Shown piece by piece: positions 41,783 to 50,874 of a DNA stretch of 64,000 nucleotides. Within the stretch, counting starts at the first letter, position 1; every line of letters starts with the position of its first letter. The position numbers and the translations under genes are program-made. The DNA is from Octopus vulgaris (Eukaryota). Below the pieces are notes generated by a model. The model did no database searches. It saw nothing but the letters and a program-made list of their open reading frames with translations, and had not been told where the DNA came from. The stretch is taken from positions 74,648,001 to 74,712,000 of the forward strand of contig OX597817.1 in the NCBI GenBank assembly GCA_951406725.2, given 5' to 3'.

Positions 41783-43149
41783 TATGTACAGCACGTGAAA
41801 AATATTTCTAATTTGATCGACAACCAAAGGCGACATTAAAATTTTAACTTTTTTAATATTCTTCATATTAAAACGAATAAATTATTAAACTGAACGAAGT
41901 GTTTCCATGTTTTTTGTTTCTGTTGTTTTTTAATGGAACTTCTAGTACAAACAATCAATTCAATATATGTGAAATAAGGAGTAAGAGCTTTTTAACTGTT
42001 TATACAGGTCAGTTGAGTTGGTTGTGCGTATGTGTGCGTGTGTATAAAGTACTGCTGCACTGCTAAGTTAATATCCTACCCATGAGTAACAGTAAATGAG
42101 GTGTGGGTGGGTATTCCTATTTTGACCAGGTGATTCAAGAACTCATGATTGTCGAAGAGTACAATTTTTTTGTTTTTTTAAGTCTTTAGCTTGATTCTTA
42201 ACATCATTTCGAAACTAAATACAAGGGGTAGTTATTTTTTTAATGGATTAACTTTTAATAGAAAAATACATTTTATTTAGAGTTAATATAATTCGGAAGA
42301 AAATAATTGGAAAAGAAAAAAATAGAAAGAGAACTTCATTAAAAAATATATATAAAAAAGCAGGCAAAAATGTTATGGTACAGAGTAGCAGAAAATTCCA
42401 ATGCAGATATTTCGGAGAATAAAAATGACAATTTAAAAAAATTTTATTTCACTTCTTCCAATCAAGGTTAGATACGTTAATTAGTACACACCAAATCTGG
42501 AAATTGTTTGATATATTGTGGAATCGTATATCTTCAACATATGAAACTTATTTCAGAGGTATTATACAAATGATACACAACGCAAGGGGAATTAAGATAT
42601 ATATTTATTTTTTAATAACCCAAGTTCTATGCGTGTGTGTATATATATAATATATATATATATGCACACATTCGATAACATACGCGTGCTCACATTATTA
42701 ATTCACTTACATATTGAAAGAATTCGTTCGCCATGTTACTGGAACAAGAGTGTAACATAAAAATATTTTGGACATTAATAGCAAAACCAACTACCTCAAC
42801 GTCCAAAATTGACGTATATATATAAATACAGAAAAAAATAAAAGAAAGAAGAAATAAAGTAAAGATTCGAATGAGGTAATGTGAGACTATTAAAACAAGG
42901 TATGTTTGCCTTGAAAGGATTACACGGCTACTGGGTAAAATAAACATTATAAAAGGAAAATAAATAGTCTAAGGAACGAAAAAATTGTGAGCTATAATTT
43001 TTGAAAGATTATTATTCAAACAACAGAAACTGAAATCAAATACTTACATGATTAATTTGCGGCACAATAGTCTTATAATTTTTCTTTGTTAAAGTAGCCA
43101 CTGAATTACTTATTTCAGCCAAAGCAAGCGACAGCGAATCGAGATTCAT
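641..43149 (-). CDS. CNOT1: CNOT1 (CCR4-NOT transcription complex subunit 1), spliced, 35 coding exons in window, 3' part beyond window start
   Basis: Exons join in frame with GT-AG sites. Diagnostic peptides: [148 protein letters not shown]. Confidence 0.97.
871..975 (-). CDS. CNOT1: CNOT1 exon 34 ([18 protein letters not shown]...QIRLR)
   Basis: tag/GTAAGT; 105 nt. Confidence 0.94.
1621..1761 (-). CDS. CNOT1: CNOT1 exon 33 (NASITQK...AQDNTELA...EMDRRLST)
   Basis: tag/GTGAGT; 141 nt. Confidence 0.94.
3578..3733 (-). CDS. CNOT1: CNOT1 exon 32 ([12 protein letters not shown]...ITCREP...NVLR)
   Basis: tag/GTAAGT; 156 nt. Confidence 0.94.
5265..5405 (-). CDS. CNOT1: CNOT1 exon 31 ([21 protein letters not shown]...QITKK), CNOT9-binding region
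   Basis: cag/GTAAAT; 141 nt. Confidence 0.94.
6028..6300 (-). CDS. CNOT1: CNOT1 exon 30 ([10 protein letters not shown]...QIVINEQ)
   Basis: tag/GTAAGC; 273 nt. Confidence 0.92.
6399..6533 (-). CDS. CNOT1: CNOT1 exon 29 ([10 protein letters not shown]...[16 protein letters not shown])
   Basis: aag/GTAAGT; 135 nt. Confidence 0.94.
7299..7409 (-). CDS. CNOT1: CNOT1 exon 28 (DIDLKALL...[17 protein letters not shown])
   Basis: tag/GTATGT; 111 nt. Confidence 0.94.
8174..9848 (-). pseudogene. piggyBac (PGBD4-like) transposase, frameshifted in C-terminal Cys-rich domain
   Basis: Acidic N-terminus; [38 protein letters not shown] (DDD triad), KKWWR; Cys-rich tail continues in another frame to TAA at 8174. 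Confidence 0.9.
9882..9946 (-). promoter_or_regulatory. putative piggyBac transposase promoter
   Basis: TATAAATA at 9927-9920, E2F-like TTTCCCGC at 9946-9939, CACGTG at 9882-9887, all upstream of ATG 9848. Confidence 0.45.
10137..10253 (-). CDS. CNOT1: CNOT1 exon 27 (VLLRSDK...[22 protein letters not shown])
   Basis: tag/GTACGT; 117 nt. Confidence 0.94.
10353..10420 (-). repeat. diverged 68-bp copy of part of CNOT1 exon 26 (10659-10726) in the following intron
   Basis: 62/68 identity, no indels. Confidence 0.9.
10555..10734 (-). CDS. CNOT1: CNOT1 exon 26 (AEELQEH...[10 protein letters not shown]...ETFRNIK)
   Basis: tag/GTAATA; 180 nt. Confidence 0.94.
11020..11160 (-). CDS. CNOT1: CNOT1 exon 25 ([12 protein letters not shown]...[14 protein letters not shown]), start of CAF1-binding MIF4G domain
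   Basis: tag/GTAAGT; 141 nt. Confidence 0.94.
12430..12654 (-). CDS. CNOT1: CNOT1 exon 24 ([12 protein letters not shown]...TIPK)
   Basis: cag/GTAAGT; 225 nt. Confidence 0.92.
13786..13864 (-). CDS. CNOT1: CNOT1 exon 23 ([11 protein letters not shown]...QHLID)
   Basis: cag/GTAAAT; 79 nt. Confidence 0.93.
14018..14128 (-). CDS. CNOT1: CNOT1 exon 22 ([17 protein letters not shown]...KFKTR)
   Basis: cag/GTAGGT; 111 nt. Confidence 0.94.
14234..14358 (-). CDS. CNOT1: CNOT1 exon 21 ([14 protein letters not shown]...GLVT)
   Basis: tag/GTAAGT; 125 nt. Confidence 0.94.
15282..15454 (-). CDS. CNOT1: CNOT1 exon 20 ([17 protein letters not shown]...KRER), start of TTP-binding domain
   Basis: tag/GTAAAG; 173 nt. 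Confidence 0.94.
16110..16226 (-). CDS. CNOT1: CNOT1 exon 19, linker ([11 protein letters not shown]...IDNKM)
   Basis: tag/GTATGA; 117 nt, phase 1-1, open frame. Confidence 0.78.
16811..17126. mobile_element. hAT (Charlie-like) MITE
   Basis: TIR-like TAGTGGTTCTC...GAGAACCATTG; imperfect 8-bp TSD TTTTAGAA/TTTCAGAG. Confidence 0.7.
17334..17532 (-). CDS. CNOT1: CNOT1 exon 18, low-complexity linker ([10 protein letters not shown]...LTTQLQ)
   Basis: tag/GTAATT; 199 nt; open frame, phases fit. Confidence 0.82.
19015..19174 (-). CDS. CNOT1: CNOT1 exon 17 ([12 protein letters not shown]...PSPVIVN)
   Basis: cag/GTAAGT; 160 nt; phases fit. Confidence 0.9.
21388..21536 (-). CDS. CNOT1: CNOT1 exon 16 ([14 protein letters not shown]...MLSCLQNYA)
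   Basis: tag/GTAAGC; 149 nt. Confidence 0.92.
21916..22136. mobile_element. piggyBac-type MITE
   Basis: 13-bp TIR CCCTTTCGTTACT; GTAA/TTAA flanks; inverted sister copy at 39911-40128. Confidence 0.85.
22800..23155 (-). mobile_element. SINE of a second tRNA-derived family (shorter copies at about 17960-18190, 49860-50150)
   Basis: AGCTGAGTGAACTGGAGCAA core; GAATCGAACCC reverse B-box. Confidence 0.6.
23393..23515 (-). CDS. CNOT1: CNOT1 exon 15 (ALSMLLN...[21 protein letters not shown])
   Basis: tag/GTTAGT; 123 nt. Confidence 0.94.
24561..24680 (-). CDS. CNOT1: CNOT1 exon 14 (NLSTNIR...[10 protein letters not shown])
   Basis: cag/GTAAGC; 120 nt. Confidence 0.94.
25634..25741 (-). CDS. CNOT1: CNOT1 exon 13 ([11 protein letters not shown]...[16 protein letters not shown])
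   Basis: cag/GTAAGT; 108 nt. Confidence 0.93.
26241..26373 (-). CDS. CNOT1: CNOT1 exon 12 ([12 protein letters not shown]...[13 protein letters not shown])
   Basis: cag/GTAAGT; 133 nt. Confidence 0.93.
26554..26681 (-). CDS. CNOT1: CNOT1 exon 11 ([20 protein letters not shown]...EILTW)
   Basis: cag/GTTTGT; 128 nt. Confidence 0.93.
26757..27412 (-). mobile_element. non-autonomous Helitron with internal tandem repeats
   Basis: Minus strand A|TCTATATATATATAAAACTG 5' end; 3' GC-rich imperfect hairpin then CTAG|T; three internal copies of AAAAAATGCATTAAAATGG...GACTCATCGTAGA. Confidence 0.8.
28671..28841 (-). CDS. CNOT1: CNOT1 exon 10 ([15 protein letters not shown]...PWKNSEGQ)
   Basis: tag/GTAATT; 171 nt. 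Confidence 0.93.
29576..29665 (-). CDS. CNOT1: CNOT1 exon 9 (NSNWNSDK...[14 protein letters not shown])
   Basis: cag/GTAAGA; 90 nt. Confidence 0.9.
30549..30663 (-). CDS. CNOT1: CNOT1 exon 8 ([12 protein letters not shown]...IDQ)
   Basis: cag/GTAAGT; 115 nt. Confidence 0.93.
31396..31451 (-). CDS. CNOT1: CNOT1 exon 7 ([18 protein letters not shown])
   Basis: cag/GTGAGA; 56 nt, phases fit neighbours. Confidence 0.88.
32159..32268 (-). CDS. CNOT1: CNOT1 exon 6 ([18 protein letters not shown]...)
   Basis: tag/GTAAGT; 110 nt. Confidence 0.93.
33356..33499 (-). CDS. CNOT1: CNOT1 exon 5 ([17 protein letters not shown]...LRK)
   Basis: cag/GTAAGT; 144 nt. Confidence 0.93.
34349..34529 (-). CDS. 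CNOT1: CNOT1 exon 4 (SLKASPQLF...LLRSYVDA)
   Basis: tag/GTTTGT; 181 nt. Confidence 0.93.
34849..34947 (-). CDS. CNOT1: CNOT1 exon 3 (TQYLIQE...NPLQHQK)
   Basis: cag/GTTTGT; 99 nt. Confidence 0.93.
35050..37700 (+). mobile_element. heavily decayed RTE-like LINE in CNOT1 intron 2 (ends approximate)
   Basis: Remnant RT motifs: GIKQG near 36625, LFADD near 36800, SVAGKIL-like near 35670; many stops and frameshifts. Confidence 0.6.
38050..38430 (-). mobile_element. composite SINE (related copies at about 1190, 3820, 5540, 6930, 11300, 19930, 24900, 29150; opposite orientation 27415-27960)
   Basis: Shared GATGCC..CCTGTCACCAACCCTCACCTGTTTCCAAGCAAGGTAATATTTCCCCATGGCCAGACATG block joined to the SINE head. 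Confidence 0.8.
39519..39626 (-). CDS. CNOT1: CNOT1 exon 2 (LTSVH...GKDFHQ)
   Basis: cag/GTAAGT; 108 nt; conserved peptide. Confidence 0.95.
39911..40128. mobile_element. piggyBac-type MITE nested in an older related MITE (about 39833-40212)
   Basis: TTAA-CCCTTTCGTTAC...GTAACAAAAGGG-TTAA; flanks resume the same family sequence. Confidence 0.85.
40686..41309. mobile_element. non-autonomous DNA transposon
   Basis: Inverted termini GGGGTAAAATGAGTAA / TTACTCATTTTGCTCC, with an internal copy near 41003. Confidence 0.55.
43048..43149 (-). CDS. CNOT1: CNOT1 coding exon 1 ([34 protein letters not shown])
   Basis: ATG at 43149; donor GTAAGT; matches CNOT1 N-terminus. Confidence 0.95.
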
Positions 43150-43620
43150 ATTCCATGAACACAAATAGCGAAAGCCTCAAATTACTTTGAAGCCTTCTTC
43201 AGACTATCTTAAGTTCTGAAGGTCTCGTCGAGCAACTGTCCTGTTTTAGGACCCAAATAGGGTCGACATTGGGACACCCTCTCACTGACACATAAGCTTA
43301 TAGAATCTGACATGGCATCCCAGTGGCCATGTTGAAGACGTACCCCACACAATATTGAACTAATTTAAATAACACTTTTTAAAATACTTGAAAATTAACA
43401 GCAATCGGGCTCAAGATTTTTTTTTTAATTAAAGAAATGTTAAATAAATTAAAAACAAATAATATCTTAAAGAAAATAGTAATAACAGTATTAAAACTTA
43501 ATCACGTGATGTATGTGCAGACGTGATGATCTACAGCCCGAGCTATTCTCTGCATTTCCTGTCATGAGTAACACTAATACAAGTTTTTTTTTTTTTTTCG
43601 TTAATATCATTCCTGATTTC
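43150..43620 (-). promoter_or_regulatory. CNOT1 5' UTR / proximal promoter
   Basis: Local CpG enrichment, palindromic E-box ATCACGTGAT at 43501-43510, YY1-like CAACATGGCC near 43330 (minus strand). Confidence 0.5.
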
Positions 43621-45737
43621 CGAATTTCTTTCTATTTACTTTATACGCATTTTATTTAAATTATTTAAATATGGAAGTTTTTGTAGTTCCAAATATTTTA
43701 TGAAAATTTTATTTTTATCAGCATTTATCTAAAAACATTCATAAAATCTATAGTAAACAATCGAATATACATTATGTAATAACCTAAAATACTAATTCTT
43801 TAAAGATATTTTCCCTAAGTATTACATTGTAATAGTGTCGTTATAGTTAATAAAAATACACTGTCACTGTTATGGTCATTTTTATTTTACAGCTATTTTG
43901 TAATTATATATTAGTTGTAAAAGTCACTCATTTGTACATGTATGACCTGATCAGTGACACCATTTCACTTTGTCTTTGTTGGTCAGTTCATATCCACTGG
44001 TGATTTACTTTACTTTTCTTTCTTTTTTTCTTTTTTAATCCTTCGCTACTGTTTATTTTTTTCTTTATTCTTTATCCGACACTTCCCCCCCCCTCCCTAC
44101 CTCTCCCCTATGCATTCCTTCTTTTTCTTGATGTCTTGTCAAACCAAAAAGTGGGATGTTTTCTGTGGTTCTTATATTCTATCAAATACAAAACATGATT
44201 TCTCATGGTGTGTTATTGGTGGTAATAGAGCAAGCGGTCTTTGCCCAGCTTCTACTACTGTTTGCATTTTTTTTTTTTAAGAATAAATAAAATTTTTATT
44301 TTCTCTTTCTGTTTTTCTTCTCATGATTTGCTCTTTTCGTTTGTGAATATACTTTGTAACTAGTATTTCGTTTGACCTCTACTCAATCTTTGCTAAATAG
44401 TCACACAAATGTTTATGATAGGAATTATATATGTAAATTAAAAAGAAAGTAAAGTTTGGAATTAATTTGGTAAAAAATTTCTTCTGGAATTGAACATTGG
44501 TTTGCCTTGAACTCGCCTTTATTAAATTAACGAAGGGATATAACTCAATTGGACCACTGATATAACTTGAGATGAATAAGTTAAAGAGTGATGTCTGAAT
44601 GGCATATGCAAAATATTCCCAAGTAATTGAAATTAACTCCTAAGTTGGAAAAAGAAAAATATCAGGCAGTAATTAGAACATTTCTAGCAATTAATAAATT
44701 TCACAAACATTAATTTATACATAAGAGAAAATCTCATCTTCACTTGCAGGCGAGGAAAGATGGCAACTATGGACATATTTCAGTCTTATTAAACTTCATC
44801 AATAAAATTGAAACTCAAGCCTATTTTGAGCAATCAAGGAAAAGTTTTAGGTGTGGTTGTGGTAAATTTGCTTCCTAACCATATGGTTCCAGGTTCAGTC
44901 CCACTGCATGGCACCATGAGCAAGTGTCTTCTACTATAGCCCTGTGCTGACCAAAGCCTCATACGTGGATTTGGTAGACAGAAACTGAAAGAGCTTACTG
45001 TGTATGTATGTATATATATATATATATAAAGTACTAAGTAAGATAGGGGTTATGGGTGTAACCCACTGGGATATCATTTATCCAATAACATTATGATATC
45101 CGTAAGTTGATGAACAAACTAAATTTGTTTCTCCATTTTCTTATTTGTATTATATATATATATATTATCAATCGCACATACTCAATGTGTGTGTTTTATT
45201 TGTTTGTCAGATTCACTGCGGTATAGCACTTGAGGACAACTCTCTCATAATACTGTGTGTTAAAGCACCTAAAAGTTATAGACAGACAAGACAAATTTGG
45301 ATCAAATTCAAGAATGATGGACACCCATATTTCACCATTTCTGTGGCTTATCAACGTCATATACCTGAATATAATGAGGGACAAATCAAATTGCCAGGCC
45401 ATGATTCTATATAAATAGTGTAAAAACTATTTGCTGACATGCTATGATGATGCACGTCATCATTATCATCATCATCATCGTTTAATGTCTGTTTTCCATG
45501 CTGGCATGGGTTGGACAGTTTGACAGGAGCTGACCAGCTGAAAGACTGTTCTGGCTATATGTCTCTTTTGGCATAGTTTCTATGGCTGGATGCTCTTCTT
45601 AATGTCAACCACTTTACAAAGGGTACTGAATGCTTTTATGCTACACTAGCAGGGGTGCTTTTTACATGGCACCAACACATATGAGCCTGCAAGATTAAGG
45701 ATGCTCAGCTTGAGAGGGTTGCAAGGGATAAGCCTGT

Positions 45738-46250
45738 ATCATCATCATCATCGTTTAACGTCCGCTTCCCATGCTAGCATGGGTTAGACGATTTGACTGA
45801 GGGCTGGCAAACCAGATGGCTGCACCAGGCTCCAGTCTTGATCTGGCATAGTTTCTATAGCTGGATGCCCTTCCTAACGCCAACCACTCCGAGAGTATAG
45901 TGGGTGCTTTTACATGCCACCGGCATGGGGGCCAGTCAGGTGGTACTGGTAATGACCTTGCTCAAATCTTTTTACACATGCCACTGGCGATGCTGGTAAT
46001 GATCACGCTTGAATGGTGCCTTTTACGTGCCACCAGCCTGGAAGCCAGTTAGCCGCTCTGGCAACGCTCACGCTTGGATGGTGCTCTTAACACCCTACTA
46101 GCATGGGGCACAAGTGCCAGTAAGGCGACACTGGTAACGATCACACACGAATGGTGCCATTTTTGTGCCACTGGCACAGAAGCCGGTTAGCCACTCGTAC
46201 GGTGCTCTTTGCACCCCACTAGCATGGATGCCAGTCATCGAATTTGAGTA
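45738..46250 (-). mobile_element. SINE/LINE-tail repeat ending in (GAT)n with internal TTTTACGTGCCACC subrepeats; sister at 63318-63700
   Basis: CATCATCATCGTTTAACGTCCGCTTCCCATGCTAGCATGGGTT start, near-identical in both copies. Confidence 0.75.
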
Positions 46251-46292
46251 AGATTAAATTCAATAATGAATTAAAAACGGTACTGTGCTCAA

Positions 46293-46457
46293 CAGGGCTG
46301 CCCTAGTGTTGCTGGCACCCTGGGCAAGCTGAACTTTGGCGTGTACAAGCTGTCCCTCATGAAAATTTCCTTGTCTTTGTCATGCCCTCCTTGGCACCCC
46401 CTAACACATGGAGACCTAGGTGACTGCCTGAGTTGCCAATACCTTGAGCCAAACCTG
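46293..46457. mobile_element. hAT MITE
   Basis: CAGG...CCTG ends with perfect 8-bp TSD GTGCTCAA (46285-46292, 46458-46465). Confidence 0.8.
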
Positions 46458-46568
46458 GTGCTCAATAATGTTTATATATTTATATATAGTCATAGACTAT
46501 CGATTTAATTTATCTTTGGTTTGATTCAGGTACATGATATTCATAATCCACAAAAATGGTGTTGGTTT

Positions 46569-47140
46569 ACCGTAAATCCTTGAGTATAGTCCACCCTTGA
46601 GTATAATACGCAGGGGATTTTTAGGGGGATGTACCTCTGGAAAGCCTAAACCTTGTGTATAATACGCACCTCTTCTCTAACTTGAGTCGTGCGTAATTAA
46701 GCCAGCGGCACCTAGTCAAACAAACGCTTCCAAGCATGCATAATACAATAATGGTGATGTTCTTAATTGTTATATGGGAATGTAAATATGTTTGCAAATT
46801 GTTTTTGCTACATGTTATTCTGTGTTCTGAATACTTTTATTTTAATAAATATTGTTTACTGCAAGTTGTGGATGATTCTTTTTTGACTTCATTGCTTTCA
46901 GGCTTATCTTTTTAACACAGTGTAATGCAGAGTTGTCCCCAAGTGCTATACCACAGTAAATTTGGCAAACAAGCAAAACACATACATTGAGTATGTGCGA
47001 TTAACGTTTACAACACTAGCGCTGCTTTTAATCCATTATTGATAGTTTAGTGACTACCACAGTGAACCTAGGCATTTTCAAACTTTGCAAAAAGTAAATA
47101 AATAAAAGAATTTTTTAATCAATTTGTTCTTTCCATTACA
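46569..47140 (+). mobile_element. pogo/Tigger-like DNA transposon fragment (one terminus)
   Basis: TACCGTAAATCCTTGAGTATA terminus with repeated GTATAATACGCA motifs. Confidence 0.5.
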
Positions 47141-48359
47141 ATAAGAGATAACATGTGGCCAAGTGGATAGAATATTTATTTCATGGCCATGAGACAGCAG
47201 GTTCAATTCCTTTACCAGGCACCACATTGTATCTTAAGCAAAGCACAACATTCCATGTTGCTCCTCCAATTTATTCAGCTAGTATAGCCCTCTCTCCTTT
47301 CAGTTGTCACATCTCGAATATTTCACTGGGTCAATGATAAGGTTAGGGTGGGGCAAGGGCAAGAGAATGTTTGTGTCAGCTTGTGACTACATGGGCACCT
47401 AAAACAATTAGTGAGAGCTTGGTACATACTACCAAGCCATATTTACTCACCAGTGATGGATGGCTGTATTGTACTGTACTTTTACAATTACATATCTTTG
47501 AGAAGCAGGGGTTTCATTCTTTACTTCATTTCAAAACAGAATTCAGAAACTGATTGGATTCTCAGTATAGCATCTGTATTGCTTTCAGCACTAAAATGCC
47601 ATGCATTTCAAAGTTGATTTGGCAAGAGCAAGATGAACCAGTGCATCAGTCATTTTGTTGCCAAATTCTTTTGAAGTACACTATCTTTCAGTGAATTTAA
47701 AAAATAATGGAAAATATAGTAAAATGACCTCATCGTTATTAAGATGGTATTTGAAACATAAATTAGTATAATGTTTCAATGGAAAGTTTTAATATAGGTC
47801 ACTTTTAACCTTTTAGTTTGCATATTCCTATTAAAATACATAGTCTTTGTTTTAAATAATGATAAATTTAGTAAAATAACTTTGTCATTATCCAGATACT
47901 ATTTGTAACATAGATTGATTTCAAATTTTGGGACAAGGCTAGCAATTTCAGGGAAAGGGTAAAATTGATTACATTGACCCCCCACCCCGTGTTCAACTGG
48001 TATTTATTTTATTGACACCCCCACTCCAGTGTTCAACTGGTACTTATTTTATTGACCCCTAAAGAACAAAAGTTGACCTTGGTGACATTTAAACACAGAA
48101 CATAAAGATGGATGAAATGCCATTAAGAATTTTGCCTGGCATGCTAAGGATTTTTTCAGCTTACTGCCTTATTTGGAACATAAATTAGCATAAAATTTTG
48201 ATGGAAGGTTTAAATTGTGATTACTTAAAACAGACTGTATCATAGGACCAGGAGCAGTTTTGGTATCAAAGGGTTAAAACAGGAACTTCGCACTATAAAA
48301 CCTAAGTGCTCTGTGGTAGATTGATATCAAAAGGTTTAAATGGGATTACTGATATCTTC

Positions 48360-48785
48360 ATACTTAAGGAGGACATTTGGCAAATGTCACCAGATCTGTG
48401 GAGCACAAATAATTGGATTCTTCACAACAACAATGTACCCTGTCACTGAGCTCTCCACACTCATGAGTTTCTTGCCAAAACCAATATGGTATCACTTCCG
48501 CACCCTCCCTATTCACTAGATTTTAGCACTTGTGGACTTCCATATCTTCCCCAAGATGAAAATGCAGCTCAAAGATTGCTGTTTTAATGTTATTGTCGGG
48601 ATCCATAGCAAATCACAGAAAGTCCTTGACTTGCTTATGGAAAACGACTTCCAGGCTGGATTCCAAAGGTAGCAGGAATGCTGGGACCGGTGTATTGCTG
48701 TGCAAGGTGACTATTTCAAAGGAGATGATGTTAAAACTTACGTAAATAAGTTATTTTTTTATTTAACATAACTAGTCCAGGAACC
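48360..48785 (+). pseudogene. mariner transposase C-terminal remnant
   Basis: Degenerate WILH(HD)N(A)P, HPPYS(P)DLA(PC)DF and GDYF(E)G motifs. Confidence 0.7.
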
Positions 48786-48789
48786 TCGT

Positions 48790-49620
48790 ATGATTAAAAA
48801 CCATCAAACTACAACAGCAGTAGAAGTGACAGCAGAGCTAAACTACCACTTTGTCAGCCCTATGCCAATCCATTTGTTGTACACTCCATAAAGCTGGATA
48901 CCATGTGAGGGCTGCAATTTCTAAGCCTCTCCTGTGCCCCATTAATGACAAGTGGAAAAGAATGGTGTCTTGATGATCAGAAGTGGTCACTGGCTCAATG
49001 GAACAATGTTACATTCTCTAATGAAACATCATTCACCCTTTTTCCCACTTTGAGGTGAGTTTATGCCTGGAGACAGCCCAAAGAAGCCTTCAACTCTGGC
49101 TGTTTGGCCCATATTGTGAAACAAGGAGGTGGATCTGATGATTTGGACAGCCATATCATGGAATTCTCTGGGCCGTTTAGTTGTTCTGTGTGGCTGAGTT
49201 AACACCAAAGATTATCTGAGTAGTTTGGCTGATCATGTGTATCCTATGATACAACATTGTTCCCTGGTGATTGTGCAATCTACAAGAACAATAATGTGCC
49301 ACTTTATATGGCTAATGTTATTCAAAATTGGTATGAAGTGAACAACTTGGATTGGCCCCCAAAATGACTGGATCTCAATACAATCAAACGCTTGTAGTGC
49401 TTTTTGGAGAAGCAAGTGAGGAATTGCCTTCTTCCACTGTTATTGCTGAAAGAGTTTTACCTGAAAAATGGCTCAAAGTAACCCTGACAATCATTTGGAA
49501 CTTGTACAAGTAAATTCCTTAAAATATCAAAGCTCTGATTGATGCCAAAGTTGGACCAACCCTGTTTCAAATAATAAATCTTTCATTTAATAAATTGTTT
49601 CTATTATTTTGTCCAACCCC
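48790..49620 (+). pseudogene. Tc1 (DD34E) transposase remnant
   Basis: Degenerate WNNVTFS(D)E, VKQGGGS, DWPP(QSP)DLN motifs; terminal TTATTTTGTCCAACC duplicated around a SINE (about 49605 and 49817). Confidence 0.7.
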
Positions 49621-50874
49621 AGGGAAGTGGGCTGGATGAAATGCTTAACGGTATTTCAACTGTTGCTATGTTCTGAGTTCAAATTCTACCGAGGTCAACT
49701 TTGCCTTTCATCTTTTTGGGGGCAATAAATTAAGTACCAGTTAAGTACTGGGGTCAATGTAATCAATTTAACTCATCACCCAAAACTTTAGGCCTTGTGC
49801 CTTTAGTAGAAAGAATTATTTTGTCCAACCTCAGTATATATATATATATATATATAGCACTGAATTGACTAGACTATCAGATGTTGTTATACACCACTGG
49901 TCACAATGTGCTTCCTTGCTGAGTTGTAGCTTTTGATGATGCCACCTCACAGGTTTGGCAGGTGGGCAGTCAGGTCAACATTACCCTTGCATGGAACACC
50001 ATTCCTTCACAGGGGGCTACTCCTTTATAGCTAAATGGACTGGAGTAACATGAAATGAAGTGTTTTGCTCAAGAGCACAACACATTGCCAGTCTGGGAAT
50101 CAAAACCATGATTTTGCAAGTGTGAATGCAACACCTTAACCATGAGGACATGATTTCCTGTACTTGAAATGGCCTGCCCAGCTATGTAAAATCGAAGCCA
50201 TAAAGGCAGGTCCTCTATGTACATTTATGTACATGCCCCCCACCCACCCACTACCACCACTGCACACAATCTGCCCCTGACAAATCTTTTCCCCCTTGTC
50301 CCAACTTCTCAACAGCCATGCTCACAAACTGCTGTACTCCCCTCCCCTTTGCCCTAGCTTCTATCTCCCATGTAGAATCTCCTCTCCAAACACATCCTTC
50401 TAACAACCCCTCCTACTATTTCTGTCCACTCACTATATTCCCTCCCCTCCACTCACCTCTCCACTATCCTTTTCACAACCTTACAAACTTACCCACCCAC
50501 TCACTCTATTGAATTCTAGATCCCACTTCACTTGGCATGTAAAAAGCACCCACTACACTCTTAGATTGGTTGGCATTAGGAAGGGCATCCAGCTGTAGTA
50601 ACCTTGCCATTTCAGATTGAAACTTGGTGTAGCCTTCTGGCTTTCCACTCCTCAGTCAAACAGTCCAGCCCATGCCAGTATGGAAAGCAGATGTTAAACG
50701 ATGATGATGATGATATATATGTATATATATATGTGTGTGTGAATGTATATGTATAGTTTAGGACAATCAGTAAGTTGTCATAATAGTGCTCAGAGTTTCA
50801 AACGTTAGAGCTAAGAACCATGCTGCATTTTTGTCAGCTATTAATGGCACTTTTTATTATTGTTATTATTATTA

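Noticed and set aside
641-43047. Intronic snoRNAs (vertebrate CNOT1 hosts H/ACA snoRNAs) and U12 introns
   Set aside because: No convincing C/D or H/ACA architecture by eye and no GTATCCT donors; an Infernal/Rfam scan is needed to exclude snoRNAs
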